Below are positions 58,758 to 64,000 of a stretch of DNA of 64,000 nucleotides, piece by piece. The translations under genes and the position numbers were made by a program. The notes under the pieces are model-generated. The model was not told where the DNA came from. It was given only the letters and a program-made list of their open reading frames with translations, and searched no databases. The stretch's first letter is position 1. Every line of letters begins with the position of its first letter. Source of the DNA: Candidatus Omnitrophota bacterium (lineage in GTDB: Bacteria; Omnitrophota; Gorgyraeia; Zapsychrales; Fredricksoniimonadaceae); NCBI GenBank assembly GCA_903860135.1, contig CAIOPG010000017.1, positions 11,364 to 75,363 on the forward strand, given 5' to 3'.

Positions 58758-59588
58758 TCACTTGAGCCCTTTCACAACACGGTCAATGGTGATCATGGTG
58801 GCCAGCAAGGGTTCGAGCTTGGCAATAGGCAGCATATTCGCCCCGTCAGACAACGACTTGCGCGGATCCGTATGCGTCTCCATGAACACGGCATCAACAC
58901 CTGCCGCGACCCCGCACCGGGAAAGAAGCGGAATAAATTCACTGCGGCCTCCTGTGGCATTCCCCAGACCGCCCGGCTGCTGAACGCTGTGGGTCACGTC
59001 ATAGACCACCGGATAACCGGTATCGGCCATGATCGACAGACCTGTAAAATCCGTAACCAGATTGTTATAACCGAACGTGACCCCGCGCTCTGTCAACAAT
59101 ATCTTCGTAGAGCCGGCGGCTTCGGCTTTTTTAACAACAGATTTCATGTCCCACGGCGCCAGGAACTGCCCCTTTTTAATATTAACAACCCGACCACTGC
59201 GCGCCGCGCGCACCACCAGCGACGTCTGGCGGCACAAGAACGCCGGGATCTGGATGATATCCAGAACCTTCTCAGCCAGATCGATCTCGGCGATATCATG
59301 CACATCGCTGACAACAGGCACATGGAAACGTTCCTTGATCTCGGCCAGGATATCCAGCCCCTCTTCAAGCCCCGGACCGCGGAACGCATCGATCGACGTC
59401 CGGTTGGCCTTGTCGTAACTGGCCTTAAAAACATAAGGGATACCCATGCGGCGCGTGAGCTTGACGAGATCACCGGCCATCTTGATCGTGGAACGGCGGT
59501 CTTCAATGACACACGGCCCCGCGATAAGAACAAAAGGCGCCCCGCCGCCAAAAGTAACACCTCCGACTTTGACAATGCGTTTTTTCAT
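58758..59588 (-). CDS. kdsA: KDO 8-phosphate synthase
   Basis: IAGPCVIE, KASYDKANRTS, QIPAFLCRQT, KKGQFL, ERG.TFGY, D.THSVQ. Confidence 0.97.
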   Translation of the reverse strand: MKKRIVKVGGVTFGGGAPFVLIAGPCVIEDRRSTIKMAGDLVKLTRRMGIPYVFKASYDKANRTSIDAFRGPGLEEGLDILAEIKERFHVPVVSDVHDIAEIDLAEKVLDIIQIPAFLCRQTSLVVRAARSGRVVNIKKGQFLAPWDMKSVVKKAEAAGSTKILLTERGVTFGYNNLVTDFTGLSIMADTGYPVVYDVTHSVQQPGGLGNATGGRSEFIPLLSRCGVAAGVDAVFMETHTDPRKSLSDGANMLPIAKLEPLLATMITIDRVVKGLK

Positions 59589-60325
59589 TGAATACCGTTC
59601 ACTTTCATATAGGTTTCAACTTTCAGGACATCTTCGGGCGTATCAACACCGATCGCGTCCATTGAGGTTTCAACAGTCTTGATCTTAAACCCAGCCTCAA
59701 GTACCCTCAACTGCTCGAGAGCCTCCTCCTGCTCGAGGAATGATTTCGGCCAGCGGCAAAAATCAAATAAGAATTCTCGGCGGTAGGCATAAATGCCCAG
59801 ATGTTTGAAATAACGCGCGGTATCCATCACCCCGTCACGCTTAAAAGGGATGGGGGAACGCGAAAAATAAAGCGCGCATTTATTCCTGTCAACCACAACC
59901 TTGACAACATTGGGATTGTGGAATTCTTCGAGCCCGCTGATCCGTTTAATCGGCGTGGCCAGCACACAACCCGCATCTGCTTTAAGATCGAGGATCAACG
60001 CATCGATCAATCCCGGCTGGATCAGAGGCTCATCGCACTGGATATTAACAATGATCCCGGCATCCGTTGCCGCCGCCGCTTCGGCCACACGGTCAGAGCC
60101 TGATGGATGGTCAACCCGCGTCATCACCGCACGGGCACCGAACGCCTGCGCCGCTTCAAGCACCCGCGGTTCATCACAGGCAATGATAACCTCAGACAGT
60201 TCCCGGGCACACACCGCCCGTTCCCAAACCCGTTGCAACATGGCTTTGCCGGCGATAGGAACCAGCACCTTGCCAGGCAGTCGCGTCGAGGCCCAGCGGG
60301 CCGGAATAATACCGATCGCCTTCAC
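59585..60325 (-). CDS. kdsB: CMP-KDO synthetase
   Basis: IPARWASTRLPGK, SGSDR, NIQCDEP, LYFSRSPIP, LEQLR. Confidence 0.96.
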   Translation of the reverse strand: MKAIGIIPARWASTRLPGKVLVPIAGKAMLQRVWERAVCARELSEVIIACDEPRVLEAAQAFGARAVMTRVDHPSGSDRVAEAAAATDAGIIVNIQCDEPLIQPGLIDALILDLKADAGCVLATPIKRISGLEEFHNPNVVKVVVDRNKCALYFSRSPIPFKRDGVMDTARYFKHLGIYAYRREFLFDFCRWPKSFLEQEEALEQLRVLEAGFKIKTVETSMDAIGVDTPEDVLKVETYMKVNGIQ

Positions 60326-61350
60326 GCCTTATCCTCCTTGAGCGACCGCACCAGTTCTTCGGGCGACACAGCAGCCGCCCCTACCTTGGCCACCACAATG
60401 CCAGCGGCATGATTGGCAATATCCGCCGCCTGGCGGCGCGTCGCCCCGGCCGCAATGGCCAGCGTAAAGACAGAAATAACAGTATCACCGGCACCGGAAA
60501 CATCAAAAACTTCGCGCGCGCGGGTCGGGATATGATGCGGCTCTTTCCCTTCCTCAAAAAGGCACATACCATCCTCACCGAGGGTGATCAGCAAGGAATC
60601 AATGCCCAGATATTTCAACAACCCTTTTCCCGACTCAAAAACAACCTTCATATTATTCAGGCGGGTAGAACCGATCCCCAGGGCGCGACGGGTATCGGGT
60701 TCAAGGCTTTTTAAAGCATTCTCTGTTTCCTTGCGGTTGGGGGTGATCGAGGTGACAGGCCCGTAAAACTTCAGGTGCTCGACCTTGGGGTCAACCACAA
60801 CAGGGATCTTTTTCTTCCGGCACAGGGCCGTCACATCCGCTACCAGCGCGGACTGAACAATGCCCTTGCCGTAATCCGATATGATAACAGCATCAAAATG
60901 GCTGAAATTCTTTTTAATAAAAGGCGCAACACTCCGCATGTAAAAGGCATTGTCCGGGTCATCGTCCACTGTTTCACGGTCCACACGCACGACCTGCTGA
61001 TGATGCGCGATGATTCGGGTCTTGAGGATAGTCTCGACGCGCTTGTCTGTCAGCACACCATCGGTGCGGATATGCCGGGCCGCAAGGACAGCCTTCAGGA
61101 GAACACCTTCGGCATCATCCCCAACCCGACCGACCAAGGCAACTCTGGCACCCAGGCTGCTCAAATTGTTGGCCACATTAGCCGCCCCGCCCGGCGTGTG
61201 AAAAAGCTGTTCCTGCAGAACCACAGGCACCGGCGCTTCCGGCGAAATGCGGCTCACGCTCCCCTTGATATACTGGTCAAGGATAAGGTCGCCGATCACA
61301 AGGACATGCTTTTGGGCGAAAGAATTAAGGATCCCCGCGTATTTATGCAT
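60322..61350 (-). CDS. rfaE1: D-glycero-beta-D-manno-heptose-7-phosphate kinase (RfaE domain I/HldA)
   Basis: GDLILDQY..G.V.RISPEAPVPV, GGAANVA, SDYGKG, VDPK, DVSGAGDT. Confidence 0.93.
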   Translation of the reverse strand: MHKYAGILNSFAQKHVLVIGDLILDQYIKGSVSRISPEAPVPVVLQEQLFHTPGGAANVANNLSSLGARVALVGRVGDDAEGVLLKAVLAARHIRTDGVLTDKRVETILKTRIIAHHQQVVRVDRETVDDDPDNAFYMRSVAPFIKKNFSHFDAVIISDYGKGIVQSALVADVTALCRKKKIPVVVDPKVEHLKFYGPVTSITPNRKETENALKSLEPDTRRALGIGSTRLNNMKVVFESGKGLLKYLGIDSLLITLGEDGMCLFEEGKEPHHIPTRAREVFDVSGAGDTVISVFTLAIAAGATRRQAADIANHAAGIVVAKVGAAAVSPEELVRSLKEDKA

Positions 61351-61418
61351 AAACCTCTTGAATTATAGATTTAACACATGAAAAGGAAGATATTATCACG
61401 CTTCGCGGCCAGTGTCTA

Positions 61419-62933
61419 CTATAGACCAACAAATGGCAGCGCGACCGTGAACGTGGATCCCTGGCCTTCAGCCGACCGGACGCGGATCGTCCCGCCATGC
61501 TTCTTCACAAGTTCATAGCTGATGCTTAATCCGAGGCCGGTTCCTTTGCCGATCGGTTTGGTGGTGAAGAAAGGATCGAATATCTTTTTAAGATTATCGT
61601 CGCTGATACCACAGCCCGTATCCGTAATGTCAATGCACACATAACCAGGTTCCTGGTATGTTCTGATCGTGATAATACCTTCAGCGGGAATGGCCTGGGC
61701 CGCGTTCACGATCAAATTGAGAAAAACTTGTCCCATTTTCTGGACATTGCACCGGATCTGAGGCGTATCGCCGTAATCCTTGCGCAGATCGATCCGGTAC
61801 CGCATTTCGTTATGTGCGATGCCCAGTGTCATCTCGATGACATTCTCGATCTTGACGCTCTCCTCGAACCACTGTGCCCCTTCATAAGCAAAAACCTTGA
61901 GGTCGGCAACGATCTTCTCGATACGGCTGACCCCTTCGCGTGACTGCCGCACCAAATGCTCACTGTCGGCAATAATATAACCCATCCTGAGGGCATCGGT
62001 CGCCAGATGCATTTGCAAGGCAACAGCCACCGCCTCATCCCATACCCGTCGTTCGACAGCCACTTTCAACTGCGCCGACAACCCCAGCATCTTTAAATAA
62101 GCCGCCACATACGTTTCAAGGATTTCCAGATTGCTGGCTACAAAGCCCGCCGGGTTGTTGATCTCGTGCGCCACCCCCGCCGCCAGCTGACCTATGGCTG
62201 CTAGTTTCTCGGATTGCACTAAACGCGCCTGCGCGGATCTCAACTCATCGCGCGAAACCGTAGTCTCACGCAGGTTCTCGCTCATCGCATTGAAAGACCT
62301 CGCCAGCTCCCCGACCTCATCGTTGGATACCACATCGACCCGCCCAATGAAACCATCCTTGGAAACCCTGTCAATGGCCGCCTTGAGCCGGCCCAGCGGC
62401 GCAAGAAATTTCCGGAGGAAAAGAACAACGAGGAGCATGGCCAACAACACCACCGGGAATGATGCCGCTAGGACGATCCAACTCGTACGCTGAATATTGG
62501 CTCTCAAATAGCCTGATGTAGCTACTGCCTCGATCTGTCCGACCTTGACATTGACCGCGTTGAAGATCGGTGCTGTCACCGAAAAGTCATACACGCGAGA
62601 AATCTTGTTCTTGCGCGGAAAGTCCTTGGCCAGCAGGACATTGCCATCCATTTTCACCACACGCACATGCATGAACTCCCTGACATTCCTCAACAAAAGA
62701 ACGCCTTCTTCGATCGTCTGCACATCGTTGAATTCCACCCCGGCGCTCATCGCGTACGACACGATCTCCAGTTCCTTCGACAACGTATCCACAAGCCGCC
62801 GGTTTTCGTAATGCGCATACGTCCAGGCCAGCAGTATCCCCAGAAGAACACCCGACACCAATATGCCTAAGCCCAAGAAAGAGATCAATTTGACCATCAG
62901 GCTTTGACGCGGCAACCACCTGATCCGGGGCAT
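61419..62933 (-). CDS. membrane sensor histidine kinase (HAMP, NtrB-like)
   Basis: Two TM helices, [47 protein letters not shown]. Confidence 0.93.
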   Translation of the reverse strand: MPRIRWLPRQSLMVKLISFLGLGILVSGVLLGILLAWTYAHYENRRLVDTLSKELEIVSYAMSAGVEFNDVQTIEEGVLLLRNVREFMHVRVVKMDGNVLLAKDFPRKNKISRVYDFSVTAPIFNAVNVKVGQIEAVATSGYLRANIQRTSWIVLAASFPVVLLAMLLVVLFLRKFLAPLGRLKAAIDRVSKDGFIGRVDVVSNDEVGELARSFNAMSENLRETTVSRDELRSAQARLVQSEKLAAIGQLAAGVAHEINNPAGFVASNLEILETYVAAYLKMLGLSAQLKVAVERRVWDEAVAVALQMHLATDALRMGYIIADSEHLVRQSREGVSRIEKIVADLKVFAYEGAQWFEESVKIENVIEMTLGIAHNEMRYRIDLRKDYGDTPQIRCNVQKMGQVFLNLIVNAAQAIPAEGIITIRTYQEPGYVCIDITDTGCGISDDNLKKIFDPFFTTKPIGKGTGLGLSISYELVKKHGGTIRVRSAEGQGSTFTVALPFVGL

Positions 62934-62938
62934 AATGT

Positions 62939-63529
62939 TCACGGCAACACCTCGCACAGGGCAAGAAACTTCCCGCTGTAATCACTACCTTCATGCTTGG
63001 CAGAACGGGCATTGATCAGCATGCGCGGCTTGTTATCTTTCAGGATGATCCCCAGCCCCGCCCCCTGCTTTATGCAGGCGGCACTATAGCAGACAGAATT
63101 GATCCCCATCGCCGCTGACACATTAAATATGTCAGGCGAGAACGCAGGATCTTTAACGGCAACAACAAGGACTGAAATATTATTGCGGGTAAGCCATCGT
63201 TCAAACCCTTGACGGCCAAAGATCCTCCCAAGGCCGAGCACCTTCCCCGCCACAGGCTTTTCCTTGATTTTAAACGTTGTTTTAACGAGGGAAATATTCG
63301 CGCTGATCTCCTCAGCTAACGCGTGCCCCGTCGGATCATCATCGACGTACACAATGCCGATCACCACTTTCTCGTGCGCCTGCCTGTCAATATTGCGGTC
63401 ATAATTGAGGGCTTTGAGCATGATGGCCGTAAATATATCGCTCGGCAGGACATCATCGTGCGCGCCTGCCACGGTCGGTGAGAAAAGAAACCCTGCGACA
63501 AGCATGAACGCAAGCCAGCATGATCTCAT
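62939..63529 (-). CDS. YfiR/HmsC-family periplasmic protein
   Basis: Signal peptide; K.LNYD, GI.Y, GAGLGII....PRMLIN..SA...G..YS..FL.L pattern. Confidence 0.7.
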   Translation of the reverse strand: MRSCWLAFMLVAGFLFSPTVAGAHDDVLPSDIFTAIMLKALNYDRNIDRQAHEKVVIGIVYVDDDPTGHALAEEISANISLVKTTFKIKEKPVAGKVLGLGRIFGRQGFERWLTRNNISVLVVAVKDPAFSPDIFNVSAAMGINSVCYSAACIKQGAGLGIILKDNKPRMLINARSAKHEGSDYSGKFLALCEVLP

Positions 63530-63530
63530 T

Positions 63531-63998
63531 TTAAAACTCTACCTTTAACGTTAGATAATAGCGGCGGTCAACGTTGACCTGATTGCCAAACTCCAGATGA
63601 TGGGGCGCGAGAAGATTCTCAGCCGACACGGAAACTTCGCCGCTCCCGCCATAGATCTTGCGCGCCACCTTGAGGTCTACTTTATGATAACGGGGATCCT
63701 TGATCTTGGGGGCTGACGGCCCCTGCTCGCTCAGGGTGTCGATCGCCCCGACATAAGAATAACGGGCATCAATATAATCGATCGGCGCATATTTGCGGGT
63801 AAAAAGCGTGGCCCCGGCGTTAACCCTGTTACGGGGATCCTGGGTATTGTATTGATCGAGGGTGTCGTTGACAAAGAGGCAGGTGTAATTGGTGTACCCC
63901 TTAAGCCACGCCCAGGGGATCCATTCAAGTCCCGTTTCAAGCCCGTACACATCGGCACTATTCTCATTCAGGAAACTGTGCGCCGCTGTCGCATTCCT
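63531..63998 (-). CDS. TonB-dependent receptor C-terminus (partial)
   Basis: YGLE, Y.KVDLKV, V.AENLL...H.E, RRYYLTLKVEF with terminal Phe; frame is open to the window edge. Confidence 0.8.
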   Translation of the reverse strand, partial: RNATAAHSFLNENSADVYGLETGLEWIPWAWLKGYTNYTCLFVNDTLDQYNTQDPRNRVNAGATLFTRKYAPIDYIDARYSYVGAIDTLSEQGPSAPKIKDPRYHKVDLKVARKIYGGSGEVSVSAENLLAPHHLEFGNQVNVDRRYYLTLKVEF

Positions 63999-64000
63999 TA

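Noticed and set aside
58692-59591. 299-aa plus-strand ORF
   Set aside because: Antisense shadow of kdsA
1-64000. CRISPR arrays, rRNA, IS elements, prophage genes
   Set aside because: No regularly spaced repeats, rRNA-like sequence, transposase or phage ORFs recognised; almost all of the window is covered by identifiable CDSs

Overview
A GC-moderate chromosomal window from a diderm, LPS-making bacterium, with most genes on the minus strand. Gene order (kds-lpt; tig-clpP-class V aminotransferase-serA-purA-uppS-cdsA-dxr-rseP-proS-rimP-nusA-infB), spoVG, a CpaF ATPase and the GGIDLN-tailed large protein suggest Ca. Omnitrophota (PVC superphylum). That placement is inferred from memory, not from a search. 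Positions ~1-13.7 kb and ~34-64 kb are mostly housekeeping. Positions ~13.7-32.1 kb form a surface-glycan locus: nucleotide-sugar dehydrogenase and epimerase, a processive QxxRW GT2, a PEGA protein, an ArnT-like GT-C, a GNAT, an exported PIG-L deacetylase, an exported GHL10 hydrolase, a TMTC-like GT-C/TPR protein, and a divergent STT3/PglB/AglB-type oligosaccharyltransferase with a non-canonical WWSPG motif. The strongest hidden structure is a 3.6-kb integrase-less cassette inside this locus. It is bounded by a 54-bp direct repeat that duplicates the 3' end of the epimerase gene, with only synonymous or conservative differences between copies. It carries one 1,122-aa modular protein: signal peptide, conserved-looking N-terminal domain, AT-richer central cargo containing a radical SAM domain, and a GGIDLN tail. 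Also noted: tRNA-Ala(CGC), several apparent pseudo-enzymes (MenF-like, receiver, CcdA-like) and streamlined ProRS and trigger factor. No CRISPR array, rRNA, transposase or integrase was seen.
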